A DNA stretch of 64,000 nt from an uncultured Nitrospinota bacterium (GCA_963707985.1 CAVPRW010000039.1:48443-112442); one strand, 5' to 3'; shown: positions 1-12,470, counted from the first letter of the stretch. Numbers and translations are program-made. Notes: generated by a model not told the origin, from the sequence alone.

Positions 1-188
1 CGCTCCCCTGCTTCGACACACGGGGGCAGGGGGAATGGTGGCAATTCCGCCACAAGCTGCTCTGGGGTGCGGGTGGCCCTTGCAAGACCTGCCGTTCTCT
101 CGTATGATGACGCACTCAACACTTCCTGGGAGCTGCTACCTGTTGGTGTACCCATGACAGCTTACAGACGATCGGCACACCTCCGAAG

Positions 189-643
189 ATGAAAGCGTCT
201 ATGATGCCATGGCGCATGGTAACACTCAATCTCGAACAAAATCACAAACGCTGGGACGCGCGTCGTGAGCTGGTGATGATGCGCTCTGCCTGTATCAGGT
301 GCAGCAGCTGTTATCCTGGCTCCAGACGCGTGACGGTGTGGCGGCCCGGATCGTATGTGGCGATTTCAATGCCACCCTGGAGATGCCCTCGGCACAGCTC
401 ATGGCCAGCCTCTTTCGCCCGACGCAGACCGCCCCTACCGCTTTTACTCCCCTGCAAGACACGGATGGTAGCGTGTCCCATCCCAATTGGGCCCGGTTTG
501 ATCGGTGCATCGATTATGTCTGGCTGGCGGGACCGTTGGCTGTCCTTGCCAGCGGCGTATGTTTCAACACCCCGAGTTCCACCGATCCGACATTGTGGCC
601 CTCCGACCATGCGGGTGTCTGGGCCGATATGACCTTTGTCTAG
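189..643 (+). pseudogene. Endonuclease/exonuclease/phosphatase (EEP) family, internally deleted or frameshifted
   Basis: N-terminal RMVTLNL motif in frame 189; C-terminal IVCGDFNA, RCIDYVW and PSDHAGV motifs in frame 299..643; central part missing. Confidence 0.75.
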
Positions 644-749
644 AAACACAGATACGATCAGATCGCACGACGGTTTTAATGGTAACCCGAACAGTACGAA
701 GTTGTCGAGTTGGGTGCTGACGGCATAGCGACACAATTTCCCGACGATC

Positions 750-1982
750 ATGGTCATGGGCAACATGAACATTCGTATTCTCGCCATGGGAACACGCGGT
801 GATGTGCAGCCGTACGTCGCGTTAGGGGTGGGCCTGCAGCGTGTCGGCTATGATGTGACGCTCGGCACCACCGCCGATTTCCGGTCGTTCGCGGAAGACT
901 CTGGGCTTCCCTGTATTACTACGCAGCAGGACCTTCGCAGCCTGCTCGCGCACTGCCGCAGTGCGCGCGCCGCCCGTTGGGCGTTCTTTCGCATGATCCT
1001 CCAAGTCACGCCAGAACTGGCGGCAGGGGCCGATGCGCTCATCTATTCTCCGGCGTTTCTCCTCTCGGTCCCGCACCTGGTCGAACACATGGGCATCCCT
1101 GCCCTTCCCACTTCCTTGCAGCCGTTTCTGACCCCGACCCGGACATTTCCCGTTGTGGGCATGCCCGCTTTGCCGCTCGGGGGCGGGTACAATCGGCTCA
1201 CCTACGTGCTGGCGGAAGCCTTCGTGACGCTGCTCCTGAGAGGCCGCATCAACCGTTGGCGTACTCAGACCCTGGGACTGCCCCGCTATCAGGGGTCTGG
1301 TTTGTTCTCGGCCTTACGCCAATCGGGTAGGCCGACCCTCTACGGGTTCAGCCCTATCGTGTTGCCCAAACCTGCCGACTGGGGTGCGCACATTCATGTC
1401 ACAGGCTACTGGTTCCTGCCGCCCCAGGAGTGGCAGCCACCTGAGGGGCTGTGCCGTTTTCTGGCATCGGGTCCAACGCCCGTGTACATCGGCTTTGGGA
1501 GTATCGCAGACCCTAACCCCACCCAACTGATGCACACGATTTTGGAGGCCATTCAGCACGCCAAGGTACGCGCCATCGTCGCATCAGGCTGGAGCGAATT
1601 GCAGACCACCGATCGATCGGACAATGTCCTGCTGATCGACAGTGCCCCACACCATTGGCTATTCCCGCGCGTCGCTGCGGCCGTGCATCACGGGGGTGCG
1701 GGGACGGTCGCGGCCAGCCTGCGGGCAGGGATTCCGACCCTAGTGATCCCATTCATGGCCGATCAACCCCTCTGGGGCCGGTGCGTCCATGCCCTCGGGG
1801 CTGGGCCCCCTCCCATACCTGCGGCGCGATTGTCCGGAATGGGGCTGGCACAGGCGCTACGACAGATGCTGGACGATGAAGCCATGCGTCAACAGGCACA
1901 CACGATCGGCTCAGCGATCCGCGCTGAAGATGGGGTGGCATCCGCTGTGCGGGTCATTTCCAAATGGGTGGCGAACAGGTAA
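750..1982 (+). CDS. GT1 family glycosyltransferase (sterol glucosyltransferase-like)
   Basis: GTRGDVQP N-terminal motif; PVYIGFGS; HHGGAGT...AGIP...PFMADQPLWG UDP-sugar signature. Confidence 0.92.
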   Translation: MVMGNMNIRILAMGTRGDVQPYVALGVGLQRVGYDVTLGTTADFRSFAEDSGLPCITTQQDLRSLLAHCRSARAARWAFFRMILQVTPELAAGADALIYSPAFLLSVPHLVEHMGIPALPTSLQPFLTPTRTFPVVGMPALPLGGGYNRLTYVLAEAFVTLLLRGRINRWRTQTLGLPRYQGSGLFSALRQSGRPTLYGFSPIVLPKPADWGAHIHVTGYWFLPPQEWQPPEGLCRFLASGPTPVYIGFGSIADPNPTQLMHTILEAIQHAKVRAIVASGWSELQTTDRSDNVLLIDSAPHHWLFPRVAAAVHHGGAGTVAASLRAGIPTLVIPFMADQPLWGRCVHALGAGPPPIPAARLSGMGLAQALRQMLDDEAMRQQAHTIGSAIRAEDGVASAVRVISKWVANR

Positions 1983-2135
1983 AGCCGTGCTGCTACAGAA
2001 TCGTGCCGTCGACCATACGTTTGCATATGTTGCATCAGGATAGTCTGCGAGTCCCACGCAAGTTCCAGCCAAGTCTTGCAACACCTCAAGTGTGGGTGCT
2101 GCGCTGACCACCGTTTCGGTCAAGGGGAACCAGGC

Positions 2136-3008
2136 ATGCCGGAGCCTATACGAGATCACTGGGCACAGTGGGTACTACATCGGCGCCACGGTGGTGATGC
2201 CGAGCAACAGCAAAGGAATCTAGAGTATTTGCTGCCTGTGCGTGATCACATCCTCCAAAACGCCAGGATCGCTGCGGATGACGTCGTGCTCGATGTGGGC
2301 AGTGGCGATGGACTCATTGCCTTCGGTGCTCTGGACCAGGTTGGGGAGCAGGGCCGGGTGATCTTGAGCGATATTTCCCAGGATTGCATGGCGTACTGTC
2401 AAGACCTCGTGCAACAGCTGGGAGTGGCGCAGCGGTGCCAGCTTCTATGCGCCTCAGCAGACGATCTCACGGCCTTGACGGCAGCCTCGGTGGATGTGAT
2501 CACGACCCGATCGGTGCTGATTTTCGTGGCGGCCAAGGAGCGCGCCTTCCAGGAGTTCTACCGGGTCCTCAAGCCCAACGGCCGCCTATCGATTTTGGAG
2601 CCGATCAACCGCTACTTCGGCATTCCGGGACCGCCGGGGTATGATATTGCCCCGATTCAGGACATTTGGCACAAAATATCGGCGGTGTATGAGCGCCTGC
2701 AGCCGTCGGACGCCAATCCGATGGTGGACTTTGATGAACGCGACCTGCTGATGATGGCGGAGCGTGCGGGGTTTCGGGAAACCCACTTGGAGTTGCAGGT
2801 CAGGATCATGCCCATGCCACCGCTGCATTGGGACGTTTGGGTGCGCAGCTCTCCCCATCCGTTGTTGCCGACGCTCGAAGAAGCGATGCATGAGGCGTTG
2901 ACACCGGAGGAGATGGCACGCTGTGTCACGCATCTCCAACCGCTAATGGAGAGCGGACACGGGACCTGGCGCGACGCCGTCGCGTATCTCTGGGCAGTTA
3001 AACGCTAG
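2136..3008 (+). CDS. Class I SAM-dependent methyltransferase
   Basis: VLDVGSGDG motif I; EFYRVLKPNGRL; start placed at ATG 2136. Confidence 0.88.
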   Translation: MPEPIRDHWAQWVLHRRHGGDAEQQQRNLEYLLPVRDHILQNARIAADDVVLDVGSGDGLIAFGALDQVGEQGRVILSDISQDCMAYCQDLVQQLGVAQRCQLLCASADDLTALTAASVDVITTRSVLIFVAAKERAFQEFYRVLKPNGRLSILEPINRYFGIPGPPGYDIAPIQDIWHKISAVYERLQPSDANPMVDFDERDLLMMAERAGFRETHLELQVRIMPMPPLHWDVWVRSSPHPLLPTLEEAMHEALTPEEMARCVTHLQPLMESGHGTWRDAVAYLWAVKR

Positions 3009-3059
3009 TTCTCGTATGCTCGGAACAGCCTGCCATCCTTCCACGGCAGGCTGGCGTGA

Positions 3060-3803
3060 TCAGGCGGAGAAGCCGCCGTCGATGGTCAAGCTGGCGCCGG
3101 TGACGAAGCCGGCTTCGGGACTGGCAAGGTAGGCGACCAGGCCGGCAATCTCGTGGCCCTGGCCGTAACGCGCCAGCGCCATCAAGCCTTTCAGATGCTC
3201 GGCAAATGACCCATCCGCTGGGTTCATGTCGGTATCGATCGGGCCGGGCTGGACGACGTTGACGGTGATGCCGCGCGGCCCCAGATCGCGGGCAAGCCCA
3301 CGGGTGAGGCCGGCAACGGCCGCCTTGGTCATGGCGTAGACGCTGCCCCCCGCGAAGGGCATGCGGTCGGCATTGACGCTACCGATCGTGATGATGCGGC
3401 CGCCCTCGCCCATGTGGCGCGCCGCCTCCTGCGCGGCGACGAATACACCGCGGACATTCACCGCCACCATGCGGTCGAAGTCGTCAATGGAGAACTGGTC
3501 CAGTGGCATCACCACCGCGATCCCCGCATTATTGACCAGTACGTCGAGGCGGCCGAGCGTTCGCACCGTCTCGCCGACAACGCCTTTCACCGCTTCGACG
3601 TCGGCGCTGTCGGCCCGCATGGCCAGGGCCTGACCACCCGCCGCCGCGATGCTGCGCACCACCTCGTCGGCCTTCTGCTGGGCGTTAGCATAAGTGATGG
3701 CGACGGCAGCACCGTCGCGCGCGAGCCGCTGCGCAATCGCCGCTCCAATACCCCGTGAGCCTCCGGTGACCAATGCCACTTTACCTGCCAGGTGCTTCGT
3801 CAT
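3060..3803 (-). CDS. Short-chain dehydrogenase/reductase
   Basis: TGGSRGIG, NNAG, YAMTK, PGPIDTDM. Confidence 0.95.
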   Translation of the reverse strand: MTKHLAGKVALVTGGSRGIGAAIAQRLARDGAAVAITYANAQQKADEVVRSIAAAGGQALAMRADSADVEAVKGVVGETVRTLGRLDVLVNNAGIAVVMPLDQFSIDDFDRMVAVNVRGVFVAAQEAARHMGEGGRIITIGSVNADRMPFAGGSVYAMTKAAVAGLTRGLARDLGPRGITVNVVQPGPIDTDMNPADGSFAEHLKGLMALARYGQGHEIAGLVAYLASPEAGFVTGASLTIDGGFSA

Positions 3804-4455
3804 GATATGGCTCCTTACCTGTATGTTGTATGTTCCACGTCGTGCATATGTCCCTAGCTATCCTACACATCGCCACGCTATTTCGCCAAGATCAGTCTCG
3901 GTCATGTGGAACGAATGCCACGTGGGGATGGCTCGTCAGCACGTGGCTGATGGGGCCGCTAGAGTAGAACGAGAGAGAGGAAGACATATGCTATGGAAAC
4001 GAATGAACACAGCACTGACAGGTATAGGGCTGGGGGCTTCGGACAACATCAGGGATGGAGTGCGACGCCGAGCTGTAGCACCCACCTCACTCATGTCAGG
4101 CGTCGACATGACACATCTCCTGTGCGGATAGATCGAACGCGCTCAAACGTCAGCCGCTTTGGGTGATCAAACATGGTGTCGGGAATCGGGCAGATTGAGC
4201 CCTTGAAAATCGGAGCATTTTGCGAGTATATAGGGGCGGTCACGAAGCTTCGATGCATCAAGGAGACGCCCACGATGAGACGTAAAGCCTCCGATCGATC
4301 GCTTGTTTCACCCACGCCAAGCAATCACTCCTCTGGTGAAATGGGAGAACCTCTCGTGACCACCTCCGTTGCTACTCAAAGGCGATAGAACGGTGGTGCT
4401 TATGACTAAGGTTAACGGTGGAGCTACCCCATCAGCAAACCTTCAGGAGAAATCC

Positions 4456-5439
4456 ATGATGAGACAAATGTGTTGGGTTCCTCTTTGCGCACTTCTGCTC
4501 GCTCTTGGCGTTCCTGTCGATGCGCAGCAGCCGAAGAAAATCTCGCGAGTGGGGTATCTCGCGGCTGTTTCAGCTGCCGCAGACGCGCCTCGCCTGGAGG
4601 CATTTCGGCAAGGTCTGCGAGATCTCGGCTACATTGAGGGACAGAACCTTATCATTGAGTACCGTCATGAGGGCAGCGGTTTCGAGCGGCTTCCCGAGCT
4701 TGCGGCCGAGCTGGTTGGGCAAAAGCCCGACGTCCTTGTTGCCGTGACCACGAACGCGGCTCAAGCCGCAAAACAAGCGACTACGACGATCCCCCTCGTG
4801 TTCATGGGCGTGACGGACCCGGTGACGGCTGGACTGGTGGAAAGCCTGGCTCGGCCTGGGGGAAACACCACGGGGATTACTAACATGGCGGCGATTTTGA
4901 CCGGCAAACGACTGGAGTTACTCAAAGAAACCATTCCCCAAGTGTCCCGCGTGGCGGTCCTGTGGGATCCACAATCTCCTGGCTCCGTGCCACAGTGGCA
5001 AGACAGTCAACTGCCGGCGCGGGAACTCGGTCTGCAACTGTATTCGATGGAGGTTAGTAGTGTCGATAAATATGAGGTAGCTTTCAAAGCAGCGGTTGAA
5101 GCGCGTAACACCGCTCTCTGGGTGACACTGAACCCTCTGGCCAATTCAAACCAAACAAAGATTGCAGACCTGGCCATCAATAATGGCTTGCCATCGATCT
5201 GCGCCCGCTCGGACTATTCAGAAAACGGTTGTATGATGGCCTACGGACCCGGCTACGGAATCGAGGGGAGGGACGGCGCCCGATATGTTGACAAAATCTT
5301 GAGAGGGACAAAGCCGGCCGACATTCCTGTGGAGCAACCGATGAAGTTTGAATTGGTCATCAATCTGCAAACCGCGACAAAGCTTGGCCTGACCATTCCG
5401 CAGTCGGTGCTATTCCAGGCGGACAAAATCATTAAGTGA
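4456..5439 (+). CDS. ABC transporter substrate-binding protein (ABC_sub_bind type), no adjacent permease
   Basis: Signal peptide; GLRDLGYIEGQN, SLARPGGNTTG, KPADIPVEQPMKFELVINL; AGGAG RBS before ATG 4456. Confidence 0.9.
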   Translation: MMRQMCWVPLCALLLALGVPVDAQQPKKISRVGYLAAVSAAADAPRLEAFRQGLRDLGYIEGQNLIIEYRHEGSGFERLPELAAELVGQKPDVLVAVTTNAAQAAKQATTTIPLVFMGVTDPVTAGLVESLARPGGNTTGITNMAAILTGKRLELLKETIPQVSRVAVLWDPQSPGSVPQWQDSQLPARELGLQLYSMEVSSVDKYEVAFKAAVEARNTALWVTLNPLANSNQTKIADLAINNGLPSICARSDYSENGCMMAYGPGYGIEGRDGARYVDKILRGTKPADIPVEQPMKFELVINLQTATKLGLTIPQSVLFQADKIIK

Positions 5440-5674
5440 GAGCGATCAGAGGAATCCGGCGCTGGCGGATGTCTCAGCCGAGTACGAGCAGGCGATGAGG
5501 TCGTTCCCGGTTCGGTGACACAGCGTCTTATTGCGTCTGATCACAGCGTCCCTGCATTTGTTGAGAGTGCCCGCGTATGATGATTCACAAAGGGCGTATT
5601 TGTCTAGCGTACAAAGTTTCTCCGATTGTTCGGGGAAGCCAAATTTTTCGGCGAATACGCCTACAGCCCCCTGT

Positions 5675-6814
5675 TCATCCATCTTTAAGCTCCCGTATAG
5701 TGAAGGCTGGCACTGGCTTGACGAAGCCCTTGAGCGCCAGATCCCCAACGGGTTCAGCGCTAACGAGGGCTTCCACGGTGGCCCAGACCCGTTGGCTGAT
5801 GAGGATTTGGCCGCCCTCGGCCTCCCCGCAGAGGCGGGCGGCGAGATTGGTCACGGTGCCGATGGCGGCGTACTCGAAACGCCCCTCAAAGCCGATCTTC
5901 CCTAGCGTGGCATAGCCTTGCGCAATCCCTACCCCAAAGTCGAGTTGATGACCGCGCGTGCGCCACGTTTCGGTCAATTTGCTGACCCGGTGCCGCATAG
6001 CGACTGCCATCCGCACGGCGCGCGCCGCGGGATCGGGGCAGGGGACGGGGTCATTAAAAAACACCATCAAACCGTCGCCAGCGAAGTGTTCCAAGGTTCC
6101 CTCAAAGCGAAAAATCAATTCCCCAAGTGACGTATGGTATTCCCGGAGAACCCCCATTACCTCCTCGGGTTCGGTGGTCTCGGCGAAGGCGGTGAACCCT
6201 CGCAGATCACAGAAGACGACGGTCACCTCGCGCCGATGGCTCTCCAACAGGCGATCCTCACCCGCGGAGACGATGAGGTCGGCGACCTGTGGCGAAAAGA
6301 ATCGCTTCAAGCGCCCGATACGCTCTAGCTCGGCTAATTGATCGCTAACTCGCTGTTCCAACGTGCGGTTCCACTCCGCCAATTGTAAGGATTGGGTCTC
6401 AAGCCGCGTGGCCTGTTCCTGCACGGTGTCATGGAGCGCTTTGATGCGCAGCATCGATTGCACCCGAGCCACAAGGGCCGCCTGGTCGACCGGCTTGGTC
6501 AGGTACTCATCGGCCCCTGCCTCGAGACCAGCGACGATGTCTTTGCTATCCGCCTTGGCGGTGACCATGATGATCGGCATAAAGGGGAGCATCCCATCCG
6601 CTTTGAGCAGACGGCAGACCTCCATACCGTCCATCTTCGGCATCATGATGTCGAGCAGGATTAGGTCCGGCAGCTGCGCGCGCGCGGTGGCCAGTGCCTC
6701 CTCGCCATCCGTGGCTGTGAGGATTTCATAGCCATGCACTGCCAGCCGCGATTGGAGAATGTCCACATTCATGGGTTGATCGTCCGTGATGAGGATCCGA
6801 GGTGGTGTTCTCAT
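5675..6814 (-). CDS. Response regulator fused to class III adenylate/guanylate cyclase
   Basis: REC (DLILLDIMMP, KP); cyclase VFCDLRGFT, GDGLM, GTVTNLAARLC; GGAGGAG RBS. Confidence 0.93.
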   Translation of the reverse strand: MRTPPRILITDDQPMNVDILQSRLAVHGYEILTATDGEEALATARAQLPDLILLDIMMPKMDGMEVCRLLKADGMLPFMPIIMVTAKADSKDIVAGLEAGADEYLTKPVDQAALVARVQSMLRIKALHDTVQEQATRLETQSLQLAEWNRTLEQRVSDQLAELERIGRLKRFFSPQVADLIVSAGEDRLLESHRREVTVVFCDLRGFTAFAETTEPEEVMGVLREYHTSLGELIFRFEGTLEHFAGDGLMVFFNDPVPCPDPAARAVRMAVAMRHRVSKLTETWRTRGHQLDFGVGIAQGYATLGKIGFEGRFEYAAIGTVTNLAARLCGEAEGGQILISQRVWATVEALVSAEPVGDLALKGFVKPVPAFTIRELKDG

Positions 6815-6845
6815 GGTCATCTCCTCCCGGCAGTCTCGTGATGGG

Positions 6846-7211
6846 CTACGGCAGAAATTCACGGATCTTGGCTAACAATGCTCGGGGGCTGAAAGGCTTG
6901 GAAACGTACGCGTCGCAGCCGGCTTCAAAGGCTTTCACGTCGTCGCCGCTCAGGGCGTAGGATGTGACCGCGATGAGCGGGATCTGCCGCAGCGCTGCAT
7001 TGGCTTTGATGCGCCGCGTCGCCTCATAGCCGTCTATCCCCGGAAGCTGGATGTCCATCAAGATTAAATCGGGGGCCCGCGTTTCGGCCATCCTCACCCC
7101 CTCTTCCCCGGTGACGGCCTCGACGATCTCATAACCGACGCTGGTGAGGAGGTCGTGCACAATGCGCCGATTATCCTCCTGGTCTTCTACCACCAGAATC
7201 CGCTTACTCAT
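6846..7211 (-). CDS. Single-domain response regulator (DivK/CheY-like)
   Basis: [27 protein letters not shown]. Confidence 0.92.
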   Translation of the reverse strand: MSKRILVVEDQEDNRRIVHDLLTSVGYEIVEAVTGEEGVRMAETRAPDLILMDIQLPGIDGYEATRRIKANAALRQIPLIAVTSYALSGDDVKAFEAGCDAYVSKPFSPRALLAKIREFLP

Positions 7212-10188
7212 GAGATCCCCTTTGGCGGTCAATCCGCACTGGTAACGTAAACCAGAACGTCGAGCCTGTCCTCAGACTCGACTCCACCCAGATGCGCCCG
7301 CCGTGCATCTCGATGATGCGCTTGGCAATGGACAGCCCGAGGCCGGTTCCACCCTTTTGTTTCGTGCTCGAGCTGTCGGCCTGTTGGAACTCTTCGAAAA
7401 TCTTTCCTTGGTCCGCTTCGGAGATCCCGGCGCCGGTGTCCGATACGCCCACGAGGAAAGCGCCGTCCGCTGTGATGACGCGCAGCTTCACCTCACCAGC
7501 CTCGGTGAACTTGATGGCATTCCCCAGCAAGTTTAGCAGCACTTGAACGATGCGCCGCTCATCCCCCTTGGCGATGGGCAGGTCTGGACCCAACTCAACG
7601 CTTAATTTGAGATGTTTCTCAGCCGCGAGTGACTCCACGGAAGTCATGGCCGTGTATACCACCTCCTTCATGGAATAATCATTGAGGGAGAGGGTTAGCT
7701 GACCAGCTTCGATCTTGGACAAATCCAGGACAGCGTTGATCAAGCTCAGGAGGTGCTGACCGCTCCTCCGCACACGTTCCAGCACCTCGCGAATCTTGTC
7801 GGGCACCTCGCCGTAGATATCGTCTATGATCAGCTCGGTATAGCCCAGGATAGCATTCAGCGGCGTGCGCAGTTCGTGGCTCATATTGGCGAGGAACTGC
7901 GACTTATGCTTGCTGGCGATCTCCAGCTGATGGCCTTTTTCCTCGATTTCCCGGAAGAGCCGTGCGTTCTGGATCGCCAGCACGGACTGCGTGGCGAAGG
8001 TCTGGAGGAGGTTCATGACGTCTGTCGAAAAACTGCCGGATTGCAGGCGCCAAACCACCAAGCCTCCCACGATCCGCTGCTCGATCAGGAGTGGCACAGC
8101 CAGCAGCGATCGATAGCCGGAATGCGCTAAAATGGGGCGAACTTTTGCGAAGACAAGCGCCCGTTCATCCAGAATGTCAGGCACCTGAATCGGCGCTCGG
8201 GTCGCCGCAGCCCGCCCAAGCGCGCCCTCACCAAGACGGATACGGGCTCCGAACCGAAGTGCCTCGAATAACTCGCTGTCCATGCCGTGAGAGGCCCTGA
8301 AATCAAACTCCTGTGTGCTCTCGTCGTATTCGTAAATGACCCCGCCGTTGGTGCCGGAGAGCTGCACGGCGCGGTCGACGATGGTGGTAAGGACCGTTTG
8401 CAGGTCCAGGCTCGAGCTGACGGCTTGGCTGACTTCCCCAAGGGCTCTCAACTCTTCTACCGAGCGCGCCAGCTCGCGTGTGCGGGTTTGCAACTCCTGA
8501 AACAGGCGGACGTTCTCTATGGCGATGACCGCCTGATCGGCGAACGTCGTGACCAGCTCGATCTGCTTGTCGGTGAAGGGCTGGACTACGGTGCTCCGGA
8601 TCACGATTACCCCAATAAGGGCGCCCTCTCTGAGCATGGGAACTCCCAGGATCGTTCGGCCTTCCCCCCACGTTTGGACTTCCAAGTCCTTCAATGCGTA
8701 TTCAGGGTCAGCCAGGATGTCTGGGATGTGAATCACCCGGTGCTCAAGGGCCACCCGCCCGACGACAGTGCCTCGCCCCGGGCCGATTGGGGTTCGCTCA
8801 GAGAAATCCTTCAAGTCGGTGGGGACGTTGTAGGCGACCGCCAACCGGAACAGCTCACCGTCCAGCCGGAAGATGAATCCCTTGTCGGCACCGCACAGTC
8901 TCGTGGCATTCTCAATGAGCGATTCCAAAACGGGCTGCAGATCGAACGTTGAGCGACTGATGACCTTAAGGACTTCGCTGGTGGCCGTCTGCCGCTCAAG
9001 AGCCTCGCTTAGCTCATGCGTGCGCTCGTCGACCTTCTGCTCCAGGTTAGCGTACGATTCCTGAAGCTGAGCCGTCATGCGATTGAACTCCTCGGCCAGA
9101 GCTTGCAACTCGTCTCCCGTTTTGATCTCCAGACGATGATCGAGATCGCCAGCGCCAATGCGGGCTGCACCCTGGCGCAGCATCTCCACGGGATGTACTA
9201 CCCGTCGCCCGATGAGCAGGCTTGCCACGATGGCCATACCAAGGCCGAGCAGGAAGAGAATGGAAGTTCTGAGGATGGAGGCATACAAGGGAGAGTATGC
9301 CTCAGCCGCTGGTCGCTCCACCAACACCGCCCACCCCAGGTCGGAGATGGGAGCAGAGGCCGAGAACACCTTCTGACCAGACAGATTGGGCTGTGCCATC
9401 GACGGGCCAGACCCACCGGCCAAGGCAGCCTGCACCTGAGGCAGATCTTTGACGCGTCGCTTTTGCAGGACCAAGCTGATGTCGGGATGAGCGATCAGAT
9501 CGCCGCCACCGGACACCACATAGGTATACCCGGCCTTTCCTACCGTAATGCGTGCTACGACCCCCCAGATGTATTTCAGATTGACCTCGGCGATCAGGAC
9601 CCCGAGCACATCGCCAGCAAAGCGCTCGATGGGGACGGCAATGGTCATATAGGGCTCAGACTCTCTGACGAAATACACCTGCCCGAAATACGTTCGACCG
9701 CCGTGCGCCCCCATAAACGCCTCAACCATTGAACGATCGTGCAAATCTTCCGGCAACAACATCCGTACGCGTGAGACTTTGAGTCGCTCGTGGCCGTCGG
9801 CATCCAGCGCTACCGCCTCGGTGATCGCTGGGGCCACTTTCAACAGCTTGATGAGCTCAAACCGGTAGGCCTCGGTCAGGCCAGCGGCGATGATCTCTTG
9901 CGCCTGAGTCGACGCCCGCAATGTCTTCTCGATATCCGCCACGAACTGCTGAATCTTGAAGGCTGCTCCCTGAGCCATCTCTCGCTGCAGCGCTCCAATG
10001 GCTTCAACGCTCTCACGGTAGCGGAAGAACAGCTCCACTACACTGCTGGTGAGCAGGCCTCCGCTGACCAGAATAAAGGCGATGACGAACGTCCGCCGCA
10101 GCAGGCGGCCACCGCCCTTGCTTCCAGGAACAACTAGACCTGCCTGCTTAGAGGCAGGCTCAGCAGAGATGGGTACATCGCCCATCAT
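7204..10188 (-). CDS. Membrane sensor histidine kinase (Cache-HAMP-GAF-GAF-HisKA-HATPase)
   Basis: Two TM segments around a Cache-like domain; HAMP; two GAF repeats; [12 protein letters not shown]1 and G2 boxes. Confidence 0.93.
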   Translation of the reverse strand: MMGDVPISAEPASKQAGLVVPGSKGGGRLLRRTFVIAFILVSGGLLTSSVVELFFRYRESVEAIGALQREMAQGAAFKIQQFVADIEKTLRASTQAQEIIAAGLTEAYRFELIKLLKVAPAITEAVALDADGHERLKVSRVRMLLPEDLHDRSMVEAFMGAHGGRTYFGQVYFVRESEPYMTIAVPIERFAGDVLGVLIAEVNLKYIWGVVARITVGKAGYTYVVSGGGDLIAHPDISLVLQKRRVKDLPQVQAALAGGSGPSMAQPNLSGQKVFSASAPISDLGWAVLVERPAAEAYSPLYASILRTSILFLLGLGMAIVASLLIGRRVVHPVEMLRQGAARIGAGDLDHRLEIKTGDELQALAEEFNRMTAQLQESYANLEQKVDERTHELSEALERQTATSEVLKVISRSTFDLQPVLESLIENATRLCGADKGFIFRLDGELFRLAVAYNVPTDLKDFSERTPIGPGRGTVVGRVALEHRVIHIPDILADPEYALKDLEVQTWGEGRTILGVPMLREGALIGVIVIRSTVVQPFTDKQIELVTTFADQAVIAIENVRLFQELQTRTRELARSVEELRALGEVSQAVSSSLDLQTVLTTIVDRAVQLSGTNGGVIYEYDESTQEFDFRASHGMDSELFEALRFGARIRLGEGALGRAAATRAPIQVPDILDERALVFAKVRPILAHSGYRSLLAVPLLIEQRIVGGLVVWRLQSGSFSTDVMNLLQTFATQSVLAIQNARLFREIEEKGHQLEIASKHKSQFLANMSHELRTPLNAILGYTELIIDDIYGEVPDKIREVLERVRRSGQHLLSLINAVLDLSKIEAGQLTLSLNDYSMKEVVYTAMTSVESLAAEKHLKLSVELGPDLPIAKGDERRIVQVLLNLLGNAIKFTEAGEVKLRVITADGAFLVGVSDTGAGISEADQGKIFEEFQQADSSSTKQKGGTGLGLSIAKRIIEMHGGRIWVESSLRTGSTFWFTLPVRIDRQRGSHE

Positions 10189-10214
10189 GCTTCCTCAGGT
10201 CCAACAGGACACAG

Positions 10215-10700
10215 GGTTGTGTTGCGAAAACTCCCAGGAGTGTGAGGAGCAGCTGCTGAGCGCTCGTGATGCGGCCACCCCAAACAGCTGGTTGATGACG
10301 CGGTTGTGGGCGAGGACCTCACGCTTGCTGACTCCTTCAAGTTGGCCTTTGTGGAGCCGATGCATGGCTTCATATGAGGTACGTTTCAGCCATGCGGTAC
10401 GAATCGTTAGTCGCCCGTCGATGCGGCCGACACCGCTTATCCAGCTCCGGCGCATCGCGTTGGACCCAGCGAACCACCGTGGGATGATCCACCGACAGCC
10501 CCTATGCTCGCGCGAGTTCTTCCACATCCCGGTCACTCAAGGCCTAGCGCTGGTATCTGCAGACGCCGAGCAGAATAATTTCACCTTCAAAATGCCCCCA
10601 TTGGACGGGAGATACGGTGTCCATAGGATATCTCCAGTGAGCCGAGCTCCGATCATACAGATGCTTGTATCAGATCACTGGCTATTTTTGCAACACTACC
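10215..10700 (-). mobile_element. Internally deleted IS6-family element
   Basis: Terminal IRs GGTTGTGTTGCGAAAA (10215) and GGTAGTGTTGCAAAAA (reverse complement ending 10700); remnants GHFEGEIILL and HKGQLEGVSK...INQLFGVAA. Confidence 0.8.
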
Positions 10701-11076
10701 GTCGAAACAACCCTTGACGGTGGTTTTCTTGGTACGAGAAACTCGGTCTCTTGCACCAGCAGCCGTGACAGTCTGCTGATACCCATCGAACAGTTTCGTC
10801 AGCGTCCGGTGGGTGGAACCCGTCGCAACGCCTGGTAGTATCCCAGATTTGTTGACATGGGTTTTAGATCGGCGTGCGAATTCATCGCGATTCATGAAGC
10901 GATCACGGGCGAGATCATGTCTCATCATAGATTGCGCAACACCGAAGGACTAACATGTACGCTCTCGCTAAATATGTCGATGCTTGGAATAGTCGGAACC
11001 CGATTCTTGAAACAGGAACGTTTCACCCTGGAACATTATCACCCAACGTGTGTTGGCTTCCTAAGGTGACTGCAAG

Positions 11077-11496
11077 ATGTGGATCGTCACAATCGCGCTC
11101 AGCCGTCCTTACACCTTTATCGTTCTGGCTCCGCTCATTCTCATCCTAAGTCCGGTGATCATTTCACGGACCCCGACGGACATCTTCCCGAACATCAATA
11201 TTCCGGTGATCGCCGTCGCCTGGCAGTTTACCGGCCTGAACCCGGAGGATATGGAAGGCCGGCTGGCAACAGGCTTCGAACGAATCCTCACGACCACGGT
11301 CGACAACATCGAACACATAGAATCAACCACCGTCAACGGTCAAGCGATCGTCAAGATTTTTCTACAGACGAATGCGAGCCTCGACACGGCCAACGCGCAG
11401 GTGACGGCTATAGCCCAGACCAGTCTGCGACAGCTGCCGCCCAGCACGTTTCCCCCCGTTAATCATCAACTACAGCGCCTCGAGCGTGCCGATTAA
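11077..11496 (+). pseudogene. RND efflux permease (AcrB/CzcA type), N-terminal fragment
   Basis: RPYTFIV, PTDIFPNINIPVI, TTVDNIEHIES; frameshift near 11455, then truncated at IS1 remnant. Confidence 0.85.
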
Positions 11497-11499
11497 CTG

Positions 11500-12090
11500 T
11501 CAGAAGACTTCATCCTGATGTGTGCCGAACCTATAGGCTCATACCACACCCGTTCCATGATCCATGGCCTGCCAGAGCCATCGTTGTTCGGCTTTCTTCC
11601 CCACCAAACTCCACATTTCGTCGACTTCAGCTTCGTCCACTTGCTGGCTCTCAACGATGATCGCACCTGGATCCCGGTGTTGAATTGCCGTGGACTTGAC
11701 GTGCTGGAGCTGAGGCTCGTTTTGTGAACTCTTGCATGACGGTTGTGGGCCTGATGCGCAGGACACGTGCAATGTCGCGAATGCCACTGCCATTCAAGGT
11801 CATCTCGAGCATTGGCTGTTTGACTTCAGGCACGCGCCCATGGTGACTGTACTCGACCAGCAAGGTTTGGTATGAACAGCTGGGATTTGTGCAGCGGTAC
11901 CGTGGTTTCCCGTGGGCCGTGATCCCATGGTTAATCACCGCGCTGGTCTGACAACAGGGACAATGAATCTGATGGCAGGCCACGGCGCTCTCCGTTACCT
12001 ATCGTGATCGCGGTTTTCGCCGGATGACTGTGTCAGGACCTGCATCCTACCAGGATTGTTTTCGTAACACACCATAGTTGGAACACCACC
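11500..12090 (-). mobile_element. IS1-family remnant (InsA 11651..11983 plus truncated InsB)
   Basis: InsA zinc ribbon CPCC...YRC and NGSGIRDIARVL HTH; InsB EVDEMWSLVGKKAEQRWLWQAMDH; end GGTGGTGTTCCAAC at 12090. Confidence 0.88.
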
Positions 12091-12127
12091 GACGATTGCG
12101 CCACAGCTAGCCCGTCTTCGCGCACAT

Positions 12128-12470
12128 GTGGCAACCCGGCCCGATTGGCATGTGGCTGAGGAACACATCTACCGGGACGATGGTGAACGTGGGGCCAAGC
12201 TGAATCGTCCGTGCCTGGATCGGCTGCGGAATCGTGCCGCCTTGGCCGCCTTTGAACGGGTCCTGCTCACGGCCCCCGATCGGCTGGCCCGCAACGATGT
12301 CCACCACATGCTCCTCATCCAGGAACTCGCGCAGCGGGGCTGTGGGGTCGAGTTCCTGGACCGGCCCATGCGTCAGGATCCGCACGATCAGCTCCGGCTC
12401 CAGATCCGTGGTGCCGTGGCCGAGTCTGAACGCGCCCTCATCACGGACCGGATGCGACCTGGCCGACAGG
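12128..12470 (+). pseudogene. Large serine recombinase, catalytic-domain fragment
   Basis: YRDDGERGAKLNRPCLDRLR, PDRLARN, QIRGAVAESERALITDRM; start and C-terminus missing. Confidence 0.8.
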
